Positions 48,304 to 58,329 are shown, counted from the stretch's first letter. The stretch: DNA of 64,000 bases from Candidatus Omnitrophota bacterium (GCA_020057115.1 JAGVGJ010000003.1:100528-164527); one strand, 5' to 3'. A program made the numbers and translations. Notes: generated by a model not told the origin, from the sequence alone.

Positions 48304-49391
48304 TTATTTCTTCCCCTTCTTTCCTGTTCTACGCATACTCGCTCTATCAAATCTCCCCTCACCAAGCCTAAACACCCTTCTGAACGTAAGCATCAAAAGC
48401 CCGCTCAACATGCTCACGATAGTCGCTGGTTCAGGGACGGGGCTACCTATATCTAGCTGTAGGGCAAACCCCTCATCTTCAGGAACTAAATTTATGGTAA
48501 AAGCACTCCAGGATTCTGGCAGGTTAAATGTTGCGTTATTATTGATGCTTGAGGCCGTAAGGAAATTGAATCCCACTGTAGGCACAGATTCATCCAGAGA
48601 AAATAAATTAAACGTACCATTTAGATCAGCAATGCCGTCTACAATTATCTGATCGAAATCAACACCTGCGGTTATTCCTGGAGCTTGATAGTTTATACTG
48701 GCAAAAGATGATGCGCCCATATTCCAGTCACCCGTGATATGCGTGATCCCAGGCGAGTTCCCAGGAGATAAAGTTCCGCCTGTCTGGGTAAGGTCTCCGT
48801 TATATGTGCCTACGCTTAATGTGCCGCCTGTGAAGTTAAAGGCCGCGGTACCTGAGCCCGGTGTTATGGTGGTAGCTTTCAATAGTCCACCCTGCAGATT
48901 ATAGGTTCCGACTGAGCCCGGTTGGCTGGCTACGGTGAGAGTACCGTTAACATTGGCGGTTCCGCCGGATTGTGTAAAAGTGCCATTACCTAAATGACCA
49001 ACAACTAATGCCGTGGCATTCATAGTTCCTCCGCTTTGCGAATACGTGCCGACAGCGCCAGCTTGGTTACCTATATTCAAAGAATAACTACCAGTTCCCG
49101 TTTGCGCTCAATTCCGCTGCTGACAGATAGTGAGGCTGAGCCGCTTGTCATATTTATAGTGCCTGAGTAGGACGAGTTCCAACCCAGATACACGTTACCC
49201 GTAACCTGTGGCGACGAGATAGAAACTATCGAAGGATTTGCATACCCAGCATATCCTATCCAGGCAGTATTATCAGGGCCGGGCTTTGAACCCCATGCCC
49301 AACATCCAGTGTTGGACCAATCTGAGTTATCATTTCTATTCCACCACCCGTCGTCTGCGAATGCCGGAGGCGCGAGGACCATGGTTATCAT
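48304..49391 (-). pseudogene. PEP-CTERM (exosortase-sorted) Gly/Thr-rich secreted protein, split by an apparent frameshift near 49080-49100
   Basis: Two adjacent ORFs in different frames. The downstream part ends in PVPEPATIVSMLSGLLML…RR, a PEP-CTERM motif. The two frames are separated only by a short window containing an A3 run. Confidence 0.55.
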
Positions 49392-49421
49392 TTTTTATTC
49401 CCCATTAGGATATAAATAAAA

Positions 49422-49498
49422 ATCCCAACTTGAGCATTTCGCATAAATTGGGATACGAGGAGTAAAAAAGTCCCAACCGACGTCGGGTCGATTGGGAT
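49422..49498. promoter_or_regulatory. two tandem inverted-repeat pairs ATCCCAA-N19-TTGGGAT and GTCCCAA-N15-TTGGGAT (the second encloses the 10-bp palindrome CCGACGTCGG), upstream of the PEP-CTERM gene. Candidate operator sites
   Basis: Half-sites at 49422-49428, 49448-49454, 49470-49476 and 49492-49498. Confidence 0.4.
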
Positions 49499-49813
49499 AG
49501 TTACACTCCTCAATTTAGCTTTAACGTAAGCTTTTTACTACGGCAACTGGCTGCCATTTTTCCTGATAGACTGCATCAGAGAAACAGGCCCTTTAGCTTT
49601 GCCACGCCCGCGTTTTCGCGTAGGCGCGGTCCCAGCATTTTTGGTGGGACGTCGCCGGGTTTTCCCGGGTTTGCGATTGTGACAATCTTAAAGAGCAACT
49701 CTTACTTTCTGTTCTTCTACAATTCAACTATACCATATTATATATGTAATGCAAGAGTCTGAAATATGACTTTTTTTATCTTACAGCAGTTGAAAATCTC
49801 TCACAATATTCGT

Positions 49814-49880
49814 GTCATCCTGAGGCCGAAGGCCGAAGGATCTGACAGATTCTTCGGCCCCTTCGGGGCCTCAGAATGAC
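49814..49880. repeat. 67-nt hairpin element GTCATCCTGAGGCCGAAGGCCGAAGGATC…GATTCTTCGGCCCCTTCGGGGCCTCAGAATGAC (GTCAT…ATGAC family)
   Basis: Its terminal and internal inverted repeats parallel those of the copy at 4210-4310. Confidence 0.65.
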
Positions 49881-49893
49881 GGCAGAGGGATGA

Positions 49894-52017
49894 CTATATA
49901 TGTTTTAATTCTTCTATCTTTTTTTCTACCATTTCGCGTTCTTGCGCAGAAGGATTCAGCAAAATATATTTTTCGAAATATCCTATAGCCTCTTCCCTCT
50001 TGTCGGGATATTTTGAGTAGATGATCGCGATATTCTTATACGCCCCGGCCTCTTTTTCGGATATCTCGATGACCTTTTTGAATTGGCTCACGGCCTCTTC
50101 ATCCTTTCCGGTCATACCATAAAGGACACCGAGATTATTATGCAATGTTATGCTCTCGGGGGCCATCTCGAGCGCCTTATTACATTCTGCGATCGCATTT
50201 TCGTAGTCTCCGGATTCGGCAAATTTATTCACGGCCTTGAGCTGCTCGTCGAGCGCGGCGGAAGCCGACATTATAGCGTCTAACCTCTTAAGGTTAGCCG
50301 CCAGCTCTTTTGAAGACGGAGCTGCCTCGATACCTTTTGACCATGCCTCTTTAGCCTTGTCGAGAAAGCCTTTATCTGCATAGCCTATCCCGAGCGCATT
50401 GAAGGCAGCGCCATTTTTAGGATCGAGCTTTACCGCCTTCTCCAAAAGCTTTATTGCCATATCTTCCTGGCCAGTCTCCATCATCGCCTGCGCGAACACA
50501 ACATAAGAATTGGACGAATCCGGATTTACTTTAACGGCCTCATTAAAATATCGCATGGCATCTTCGGAATGGCGCAGGCGCGCGTGCGCCACGGACATCG
50601 AGAGAAGCGTGTTAAGATCGTCGGGAGCTCTCTTCAGGACCTTGTCGAACTCCTCTATCGCCTCGCGATACTTCTTTGCCTCAAGATGCTGCGAGCCCAG
50701 ATTATAATGGGCGCGGAAATGGACTTTCTTGTATTTCGCGATGTATGAAAAGAGCGTCTTTTCGTCTTTCCAGAATCGGTTGACATATACGGTGACGGAT
50801 GCGTATGCAAGCATTGTTACGATGATAAAGACCAGAAAACATACCGCTACTACTTTAGGGGACAGGTCTGTCCTGTGGGAATTTACTTTCCCAGACCTGT
50901 CCCCTATAACGAAGGGCCTGTCGCCTATAATACTTGTGATAACATAAGCGACTAGTATCGATACGCCGAAGAATGGTATGTAGAGCCAGTGCTCTGATAT
51001 CGGCGCATTGAGCGGCACGATAAGATTTAGCGACGGGAACAGGAATATGAAGAACCATGCCAATCCCATGCGGACACGCTTATCTTCTTTGGCGGGCTTC
51101 CAAAAAAGCAATGCTAATATTCCGAGAACAATAAGCGACACGATAACGCCCGTATTGAAAAAACTTAAAGGAACTTCGATGTCCCTGTCCATCCTCAAGT
51201 CATAAGGAAGGACTACAAGCCTTAGATATGTAGCAATTACCGGACCGAGCATCAAGAGCCGCCTCGACAAAGGCGGAGCATTTATCGCCTGGGCTTCGAA
51301 TGGCGCAAACTTTAAAATAGTTACGCGCAGCGCCAGATATATCAATCCAACCGCAAGAAGGGCGTAGAAGATAGATTTTCTCTCTTTCCACTTCCCTGAC
51401 CATAAAAGATATAGCCCTGCGAATACCGGGAGCATGACGCATAGCTCCTTTGAAAGAAGCGCCAGTATGAATGCGGCCGCGCAAACGGCCGCATTTAAAC
51501 CGCGCGCGGCTTCCCTGTCCTTGAACAAAAATGCCGCGGCTACGAGAAGAAAGAACAGGGCTAAAAGATCGGCCCTGCCCGCTATATAGGTGACCGCTGA
51601 CGTCTGGAGCGGATGGACTGTAAAGATGAGCGCGCCGAAGAAAGAGGCGGCGCTGTTCCGGAAGAGCATCAATAATAATAAGAATATGAGCGCGCCGTTC
51701 AGGGAATGGATAATGGCATTCGCCAGGTGATAGCCGGCAGGCTCCTTCCCCCACAAGAAGAAGTCAGCCATATAGGAGAGCGATTGCAGCGGCCTGTAGA
51801 AGTTGCTGCGGTCAAGAAAATGGATCAGGTCGTGGGTGAATATAGTCTTTATATTATTGAGCGTTACTGATTTTATGTCGGGGTTATTGAGGATGAGGTT
51901 CTTGTCATCCCATACAAATCCGTTCGGGATGGAATTAAGGTATATGCCAAAACCGATGAAGAATAGGACCAGGATCAGTGTAAGGTTCTTTTTGGACCCT
52001 CGGACCACATCCTCCAC
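49894..52017 (-). CDS. TMTC-like polytopic membrane protein (PMT_2/DUF1736-like glycosyltransferase-family domain) with C-terminal TPR repeats
   Basis: About 11 TM segments with an FYRPL motif, then multiple TPR units. A GTG start is inferred. Confidence 0.65.
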   Translation of the reverse strand: MEDVVRGSKKNLTLILVLFFIGFGIYLNSIPNGFVWDDKNLILNNPDIKSVTLNNIKTIFTHDLIHFLDRSNFYRPLQSLSYMADFFLWGKEPAGYHLANAIIHSLNGALIFLLLLMLFRNSAASFFGALIFTVHPLQTSAVTYIAGRADLLALFFLLVAAAFLFKDREAARGLNAAVCAAAFILALLSKELCVMLPVFAGLYLLWSGKWKERKSIFYALLAVGLIYLALRVTILKFAPFEAQAINAPPLSRRLLMLGPVIATYLRLVVLPYDLRMDRDIEVPLSFFNTGVIVSLIVLGILALLFWKPAKEDKRVRMGLAWFFIFLFPSLNLIVPLNAPISEHWLYIPFFGVSILVAYVITSIIGDRPFVIGDRSGKVNSHRTDLSPKVVAVCFLVFIIVTMLAYASVTVYVNRFWKDEKTLFSYIAKYKKVHFRAHYNLGSQHLEAKKYREAIEEFDKVLKRAPDDLNTLLSMSVAHARLRHSEDAMRYFNEAVKVNPDSSNSYVVFAQAMMETGQEDMAIKLLEKAVKLDPKNGAAFNALGIGYADKGFLDKAKEAWSKGIEAAPSSKELAANLKRLDAIMSASAALDEQLKAVNKFAESGDYENAIAECNKALEMAPESITLHNNLGVLYGMTGKDEEAVSQFKKVIEISEKEAGAYKNIAIIYSKYPDKREEAIGYFEKYILLNPSAQEREMVEKKIEELKHI

Positions 52018-52026
52018 GCTTCGCTC

Positions 52027-52060
52027 CGCCGCCTGGCGCCTGGTACCCGGTACCTGGAAC
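52027..52060 (+). repeat. heptamer-repeat element copy 7 (CCGCCTGG CGCCTGG TACCCGG TACCTGG AACC) between the ftsA stop and the TMTC-like gene start. A partial TTTTTGGACCCTCGGACC motif at 51989-52006 lies inside the first codons of that gene
   Basis: Read directly from the sequence. Confidence 0.65.
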
Positions 52061-53146
52061 CTAGAAATAGTTATTGAATATATCGACTACTCTTGCCGAG
52101 ACATGCTGCAGTATGTTCTTGGCCTGGATGGCCTTTGCCCTGTGCCTGGCCTCGCCGTATCTTATAAGCCCGAGCGCTGTGGTGAGCCGCACGCTGTCTA
52201 TGCTCGATATGTCGCCCTTAACGGCTCTCGGGGTTCCCATCCTTACCGGGCATGACAGTTTCGCTTCAACCAGCTCTATGATACCGTCCTCGAACGCCAG
52301 CCCGCCCGTAAGGACCACTGATACCTCTTTGCCCGTCTTCTTCGAGAACTCATCTATCTTCGTCTTCACCCTGCCGAGCAGGTCATTTAACTCGAAACTC
52401 TCCTTCAGGTCGCCCTTAAGGTCATGCCTTCCCGAGGGTATTATATCGATATCGCTCAAGTTCCCGCCGGCAAATAGCGAGACTTCCGTAAGGGATGCCC
52501 CTATATTGAGTATGACGGCGCCGTTATCTTTATCTTCTTCGCTCAACAGGCTCATCCCGTCCGCTATGCCGGTATAGACGACATCTTTTACGTCATACCC
52601 CGCCTCATTTATACACTTGTAGATATTCTCAATATGGTTTATGGCGGCGCTTATGACGTACATCTCGCAAGCCAGGCGCGACGCGTAAAGGCCGAGAGGG
52701 TTCTTTATGCTGGGCTGGTCGTCGATCGAAAAACTTAAGACTATTTTATGTATTATATCCCTGTCATAAGGAAGCTGGATGGTGCTGGCGACGTTCATGC
52801 ATCTTTCTATGTCGCCCTTTGAGATCTCCCTTCCTCTCATGGATAACGGGATCATGCCTTTCGGCTTCTCGGCCTTTATCGCCTGGCCGCTTATATTGAC
52901 ATAGATATTACCGAGCCCTTCCGGGCCCACTTTCTCTTTCAGCTTCGCGAGCGCTTTTATCACCGAATCCACGCCTTCGCTTAAGTCGGTGAACGCCCCG
53001 CGGGATACGCCTCTGGACTGGACGCTTGCCTGGGCGAGTATCGTCAATATCCCGTCTTTGTCCATCTCCGCGGCCACAGCCGAGACTTTTGTAGAACCGA
53101 TGTCGACGCCTGTTATTATCAGCGATCTCTTTTCAAGTATCTTCAT
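52061..53146 (-). CDS. ftsA: cell division protein FtsA
   Basis: Actin-like ATPase motifs …GVDIGSTKV…, in the ftsQ-ftsA position. Confidence 0.9.
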   Translation of the reverse strand: MKILEKRSLIITGVDIGSTKVSAVAAEMDKDGILTILAQASVQSRGVSRGAFTDLSEGVDSVIKALAKLKEKVGPEGLGNIYVNISGQAIKAEKPKGMIPLSMRGREISKGDIERCMNVASTIQLPYDRDIIHKIVLSFSIDDQPSIKNPLGLYASRLACEMYVISAAINHIENIYKCINEAGYDVKDVVYTGIADGMSLLSEEDKDNGAVILNIGASLTEVSLFAGGNLSDIDIIPSGRHDLKGDLKESFELNDLLGRVKTKIDEFSKKTGKEVSVVLTGGLAFEDGIIELVEAKLSCPVRMGTPRAVKGDISSIDSVRLTTALGLIRYGEARHRAKAIQAKNILQHVSARVVDIFNNYF

Positions 53147-53946
53147 TTTGGGCCTATGGTCACGCCGTCGAACCTGAGGTCGATATATTTTATCTTATCC
53201 CTCACAAGACGCGTGTCTTTCAATGTCTCTTTAAGTTTAAAAAGCCTGTCTTTGTAATTCTCAAAGCCTATCCTTATCTCCAGGCCGTCGTCTATATAAA
53301 AAGCCATCTCATTCAGACTGGAAGCATCTACGGCCGTCAGGCGGTGATTTTCAAGAAAGCGCGCGCTCTTTATCTCTTTAAGGAGGTCTATCGCCGTTTT
53401 AAGATTCTTCGAATCTATTTTTCTTACGGGCCTGCCGTCATACCTGGCCTCGATACCGGAGATGACCGGAAGCGCGCCGCAGGTTTTCGCGTCAACGGTG
53501 AATAGCGCGACGCAATCCTCGTCTACAGGATAGAACTTCGACTCGCCGACGAGGGCGATCGGCCTCCTGAAGCTGACCAGTATCGTGAGCTTATCGGGAA
53601 GCGTCCTCTTGGCGGATACGCTCTTGGCCTCGGGATAGCGCATGGAGAGGTACCTGCCTATGGCATTTATATCGACTTCGAAAAGATTCTTGTTCTTATA
53701 AGCCTTGAGCAATTCCGTGTTTACGGCTACGGCCTGGGCCTTATCGGCAAAGCCGCGGGCCTCCACGGCCTTCAGCCTGAAATAATCGGAACCGTGAAGG
53801 AATGCCTGGACCAGCAAAAATGCAAGCACCAGGAATATGATAATAACAAGCGAGCCCACCATCTTCTCGAGCATCGCGTCTTTCAGACTCTCTATGAAAG
53901 AAGGAAGCTTCAACTTCCTCCCGCCGGACTTCTTCTGTTTAGCCAT
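53143..53946 (-). CDS. ftsQ: cell division protein FtsQ/DivIB (POTRA domain)
   Basis: N-terminal TM segment plus POTRA, between ddl and ftsA. Confidence 0.8.
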   Translation of the reverse strand: MAKQKKSGGRKLKLPSFIESLKDAMLEKMVGSLVIIIFLVLAFLLVQAFLHGSDYFRLKAVEARGFADKAQAVAVNTELLKAYKNKNLFEVDINAIGRYLSMRYPEAKSVSAKRTLPDKLTILVSFRRPIALVGESKFYPVDEDCVALFTVDAKTCGALPVISGIEARYDGRPVRKIDSKNLKTAIDLLKEIKSARFLENHRLTAVDASSLNEMAFYIDDGLEIRIGFENYKDRLFKLKETLKDTRLVRDKIKYIDLRFDGVTIGPK

Positions 53947-53965
53947 ATATCTTGGTCTTATCTCC

Positions 53966-54877
53966 TTATAATGCGTTCTCTACCAGCTTGACGCAAAGCT
54001 TTCCGAAACTTAAGCCATGAGCTGCCGCGGCCTTGGGCAAGAGGCTTCTCTCCGTCATGCCCGGTATGGTGTTGACTTCCAGCACGAACAGGCTTCCGTC
54101 TTTATCGGCCATTATATCCACGCGCGACATCGAGCGGCATCCTAGCGCCTTGTGCGCCTCCACGCCGAGAGCCTGCGCCTTTTCGAAGACCGCGCGCTCT
54201 ATCGGTGCCGGGACGAGATATTCCGTCTCCGGGCTTTTGTACTTTGCCTCGTAATCATAGACCTTGTTCTTTGAGACTATCTCTATGACCGGAAGCGGCT
54301 TATCGTCCAGGATCCCGACCGTGAGCTCTCTTCCGTCTATATACTCCTCAAGCAATGCGGTCGGTCCGAATTTAAACGCTTTTTCAAGCGCCTCGTAGAG
54401 GGCCTTCCTGTCCTTTACTATCGAAAGGCCTATGCTCGAGCCTTCAAGCGGCGGTTTTACTACCAAAGGCCAGCCCAGCGAATCGACATCGGCTGTAAGC
54501 GCCTTACCTTTTCGAGCCACTGCGAATCTGGGAACGGGTATATTGTTTTTAACGAACGCCTCTTTAGACCCTATCTTGTCCAGCGCCGCCTTTGACGCCT
54601 GAACGCCGGAACCCGTGTACGGCACCCCGATAGATTCCAGCATTTTCTGGACTGTCCCGTCCTCGCCGAACTTGCCGTGAAGAGCTATGAATGCAACGTC
54701 TATTTTATTTTTTTTGATTATATCACAGATGTCGTCTTTAACATCCAGAAAAATGGCGCAGAACCCCTCATCGACAAGAGCCCTGAATACCGCGGTTCCG
54801 CTCTTTAAGCTTATGTCCCTCTCGCTCGATGACCCGCCTGCGAGCACCCCTATACGCTTTGTCCCGATCTTATTCAT
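53966..54877 (-). CDS. ddl: D-alanine--D-alanine ligase
   Basis: ATP-grasp fold (…RIGVLAGGSSSE…). Start chosen at MNKIG, which has an AAGGAG SD. Confidence 0.9.
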   Translation of the reverse strand: MNKIGTKRIGVLAGGSSSERDISLKSGTAVFRALVDEGFCAIFLDVKDDICDIIKKNKIDVAFIALHGKFGEDGTVQKMLESIGVPYTGSGVQASKAALDKIGSKEAFVKNNIPVPRFAVARKGKALTADVDSLGWPLVVKPPLEGSSIGLSIVKDRKALYEALEKAFKFGPTALLEEYIDGRELTVGILDDKPLPVIEIVSKNKVYDYEAKYKSPETEYLVPAPIERAVFEKAQALGVEAHKALGCRSMSRVDIMADKDGSLFVLEVNTIPGMTERSLLPKAAAAHGLSFGKLCVKLVENAL

Positions 54878-54896
54878 TTTGCTCCTTGCTTCATGC

Positions 54897-54930
54897 ACAC
54901 TGGACCCAGGACCCTGGACCCTTGACCCTT
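54897..54930 (+). repeat. heptamer-repeat element copy 8 (CACTGGACC CAGGACC CTGGACC CTTGACC CTT) between the murB stop and the ddl SD
   Basis: Read directly from the sequence. Confidence 0.85.
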
Positions 54931-55880
54931 CACATAACCTTTATCTCGAGCTCAAGGTCTATATTATAATTCTCTTTGACCTTGGACTTCACAAAATCTA
55001 TCAGGCCCTTCACGTCCTCGGCTGTCGCGCCTTTTCGGTTCACTATGAAATTGCCGTGCTTCTCCGATATCTCCGCACCACCCACCTTCTTGCCTTTTAA
55101 ACCCAGCATGTCTATCATCTGGCCGCAAGTGAACTGAAAGCCTTCCGGGTTCTTGAATACGCATCCTGCGCTCGGCACGTCGAGCGCCTGCTTCTGGCGC
55201 TTCATGGTCAGGAATTTGGAACAGCTGGAATTCAATACCTCTTTATCGCCCTTCTCAAGTTTAAAGACAACCTGCAATATTATGCATGAAGAGAGATTGG
55301 ACTTCCTGTATCCGAACTCTATCCTGTCTCTCTTGATGGTTCTGATATTCCCGCTGTGATCCATCACTTTCACGGAAGATACGAACTCGCCAATATTCTT
55401 GAATATGGGGTTTGACGATCCGCCGGCATTCATATACAGCGCGCCGCCTAAAGTGCCGGGTATGCCTACGAGCGATTCCATGCCGGTCAAACCTTCATTG
55501 CAGCAGAAACGCACAAGGCTTGCGATGCTCGATCCCGCCCCGGCCGTAACTGTGCCGCCCTTAGCCGACATATCTTTAAAGTGCGGCGACCCCAGGTGTA
55601 TAACCATGCCTTTAATGCCGCTGTCGCTCACCAGGAGGTTGGAGCCCCCGCCTACGACGACAAATGGGGTCTTGTTCTCTTTTGCGAAAAGAAGCGCCTT
55701 CTTCAGCTCTTTAGGATCATGAGGCTCGACCCATAGATCGGCCGGGCCGCCTATCCTGAAAGTCGTGTGGCGTCCAAGGTTCTCCTGCAATAATACTTTA
55801 CCTTTGATCTTCTTTTTGAGGTCATCTATCATCTTATCGTCCATATCTTTAATTAGCGTTAAGCCGCGCTGAGAGCTCAT
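54930..55880 (-). CDS. murB: UDP-N-acetylenolpyruvoylglucosamine reductase
   Basis: FAD-binding PCMH domain plus the MurB C-terminus. Confidence 0.9.
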   Translation of the reverse strand: MSSQRGLTLIKDMDDKMIDDLKKKIKGKVLLQENLGRHTTFRIGGPADLWVEPHDPKELKKALLFAKENKTPFVVVGGGSNLLVSDSGIKGMVIHLGSPHFKDMSAKGGTVTAGAGSSIASLVRFCCNEGLTGMESLVGIPGTLGGALYMNAGGSSNPIFKNIGEFVSSVKVMDHSGNIRTIKRDRIEFGYRKSNLSSCIILQVVFKLEKGDKEVLNSSCSKFLTMKRQKQALDVPSAGCVFKNPEGFQFTCGQMIDMLGLKGKKVGGAEISEKHGNFIVNRKGATAEDVKGLIDFVKSKVKENYNIDLELEIKVM

Positions 55881-57222
55881 CGGCCACCTTCTTTATGTCT
55901 CCTGCTCCGAGGACCAGTATCATGTCGCCCGGCTTCTTCAATTTCATCACATGTTCGGATATCCTGTCTTTATCCATGACCACCACGTCCGAGATGCCGT
56001 TCTTCTTCACCCTGTCATAAATATTCTTTACGGATACGCCTTCTATCGGCTCCTCGCTCGCCGCGTATATGTCCGTCAGGATCAGTTTATTGACGCCTCC
56101 GAAGCATCTTCCGAACTCATCCGCCAGGTGCATGGTGCGCGTGTATCGGTGCGGCTGGAATATGACGATTATGCGCTTGTCCTTCCAGCTCTTGCAGGCA
56201 TCCAATACGGCCCTTATCTCAGTCGGGTGGTGCGCGTAATCATCTATCAGCATGACGCCGTCCGATTCGGCGCGCAGATGGAACCTGCGCTTTGTCCCCT
56301 TAAAATCTTTTATGCTATTGGCGATGCGGTTAAAATCAAGCCCAAGTTTTAAGCCGACCATGACTGATGCCATGCTGTTAAGGACATTATGCATGCCCGG
56401 TATCCGGAGCTCCACCTTCCCTAAAAGCTTATCCTTGTATATGCACCCGTAGGACGTGCGGAACCCGTCCATAACTATATCCGCGGGATGCATCACGGCC
56501 TCTTTCGAGAACCCGAAGCTCTCGGTTGTCCCCTTGAAGCCCTCGAGCGCCTTCCGGGCGTTCTGGTCTGCAAAATTATAGCATATCGCGCCGCCGGGCT
56601 TCGTATTATTCGCAAATACCCTGTAAGCCGCTATCATGTCTTCGAGCGTCTTGTAATAGTCCATATGCTCCATCTCTATGTTCGTGATAACTGAATATAG
56701 CGGCTTCAGATGGACGAACGAGCCGTCGCTCTCGTCGGCTTCCGCGACTATATAAGGCCCGTCGCCGTACTTGGCATTACTCTTGAAAAGGTCGACCTCC
56801 CCGCCTATTACCACCGTAGGGTCAAGCCCCGCATTCTCAAGCATGACCGAGACCAGCGACGTCGTCGTGGTCTTTCCGTGAGTGCCTGCTATGGCTATGC
56901 CTTTTTTGGCGTTCACGAGCTCTCCGAGGATCTGCGCGCGCTGGATGACCGGGATCTTCCTCTTCAGCGCTTCCGCATACTCGGGATTATCCTCTGATAT
57001 CGATGAGGAATAGACCAGCACGTCTGCGTCCTCGGCGATGTTGGACGCCCTGTGGCCTTTATGCATCCTGCCTCCCAGCGAAGAGAGTTTTTCCGTCAGG
57101 CCGTTAAGCTCGGCATCCGAACCGGATACCTTGTATCCCATCTTAAGGAGTATGAGCGCGATGGCGCTCATGCCTATCCCGCCCACGCCTACAAAATGAA
57201 AGCTCTTCTTATCTAAAAGCAT
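55849..57222 (-). CDS. murC: UDP-N-acetylmuramate--L-alanine ligase
   Basis: …HFVGVGGIGMSA… Mur ligase motifs. Confidence 0.9.
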   Translation of the reverse strand: MLLDKKSFHFVGVGGIGMSAIALILLKMGYKVSGSDAELNGLTEKLSSLGGRMHKGHRASNIAEDADVLVYSSSISEDNPEYAEALKRKIPVIQRAQILGELVNAKKGIAIAGTHGKTTTTSLVSVMLENAGLDPTVVIGGEVDLFKSNAKYGDGPYIVAEADESDGSFVHLKPLYSVITNIEMEHMDYYKTLEDMIAAYRVFANNTKPGGAICYNFADQNARKALEGFKGTTESFGFSKEAVMHPADIVMDGFRTSYGCIYKDKLLGKVELRIPGMHNVLNSMASVMVGLKLGLDFNRIANSIKDFKGTKRRFHLRAESDGVMLIDDYAHHPTEIRAVLDACKSWKDKRIIVIFQPHRYTRTMHLADEFGRCFGGVNKLILTDIYAASEEPIEGVSVKNIYDRVKKNGISDVVVMDKDRISEHVMKLKKPGDMILVLGAGDIKKVADELSARLNAN

Positions 57223-58329
57223 CTAACTCCTCTTCGCGGCCCCGAGAACAGCATCCGCAAGCCTGTCCGAGGCGTCCGGAACGCTCATCCCTCTCGCCGA
57301 GCAGCCGAGCCCTTCGAGCGCGAGCGGATCATTTAAAAGACCGATCATCCTGTTCTTGAGATCTTCGGGCGAAAGCTCCTTTTCGGCCATCTCTATAGCG
57401 GCGCCTCTTTTCGAAAAGACCCTCGCATTTTCGGTCTGGTGGCTCATGGCAAAAGGATACGGCACGAGTATCATAGGTTTTCCGAATAGCGCGAGCTCAA
57501 ATATCGCCGAGGCGCCAGAGCGCGTCACGACAAGGTCTGAAGCGCTGTAGGCATCCTCTATCTGGTCCACGAAAGAATATACGCGGTGGTCCAGGCCTAT
57601 TCTTTCATACTCCCGCGACGCCTTCGTATAGTCGGCCATGCCTGTTATGTGTATCACCTGCAGCGCCGCCTTGGTCTTGTCGTCGATATTAGAAACGGCG
57701 GCCAGGAATTTTTCGTTAAGGCCCCTGGCGCCCTGGCTTCCTCCGATGACAAGTATGGTAAATTTACCCGGCTCCAGTCCCAGCCGCTTCACGCTGCCGG
57801 CCCTGTCATTCTTATATAGATTCGCCCTTATAGGATTTCCCGTATATATCGCCTTATCCGCAAGAGGCCCCATTGACTCCTTTGTTTCGGAGAAACTGAC
57901 GGCTATCTTTGATGCGAGCCTGAACAGGATCTTGTTGGCGCGGCCAGGGACGACATTCTGCTCATGCGCGACTACGGGGATCCCTAAAATATACGCCGCA
58001 ACGGATACAGGGCTTGATACATAACCGCCGAACCCTACGACCACCGACGGCTTGTATGATGCCACTATAAATAACGATCTTACAGAATCAAAGAATAACC
58101 CCAGGAAGAACAGGATCGTCTTAAAAGACTTCTTATAAGGCAGTTTGTTCGATGAGAGAAGCGCAAACTTGAGGCCTTCCTTCTGGAATATGCCTTTATC
58201 AAGAGATTTATCGCTTCCCACGAACAAGATATCACAGTCCGTGACCTTCTCTTTTATGCGCCTTGCAAGCGCGACAGCCGGGAATATGTGCCCTCCGGAA
58301 CCGCCGGCAGCTATCAATATCTTTTTCAT
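57223..58329 (-). CDS. murG: undecaprenyldiphospho-muramoylpentapeptide beta-N-acetylglucosaminyltransferase
   Basis: …GGSGGHIFPA… and …GGSQGA… motifs. Confidence 0.9.
   Translation of the reverse strand: MKKILIAAGGSGGHIFPAVALARRIKEKVTDCDILFVGSDKSLDKGIFQKEGLKFALLSSNKLPYKKSFKTILFFLGLFFDSVRSLFIVASYKPSVVVGFGGYVSSPVSVAAYILGIPVVAHEQNVVPGRANKILFRLASKIAVSFSETKESMGPLADKAIYTGNPIRANLYKNDRAGSVKRLGLEPGKFTILVIGGSQGARGLNEKFLAAVSNIDDKTKAALQVIHITGMADYTKASREYERIGLDHRVYSFVDQIEDAYSASDLVVTRSGASAIFELALFGKPMILVPYPFAMSHQTENARVFSKRGAAIEMAEKELSPEDLKNRMIGLLNDPLALEGLGCSARGMSVPDASDRLADAVLGAAKRS

Noticed and set aside
51200-51754. 184-aa minus-strand ORF inside the TMTC-like gene, and the 166-aa ORF at 33398-33898 inside rodA
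   Set aside because: They are alternative frames of genes with clear membrane-protein and TPR homology. They are Arg/Gly-rich, as is typical of out-of-frame translation.
57721-57745. CCCCTGGCGCCCTGG in murG, and CCTGGCCGCTGGACC in proA (about 8985), resembling the heptamer repeat
   Set aside because: These encode conserved native motifs (MurG GGSQGA; ProA QRPGVCNA). They have only two units and lack the TTTTCTGGACC and CTTGMCCC ends.
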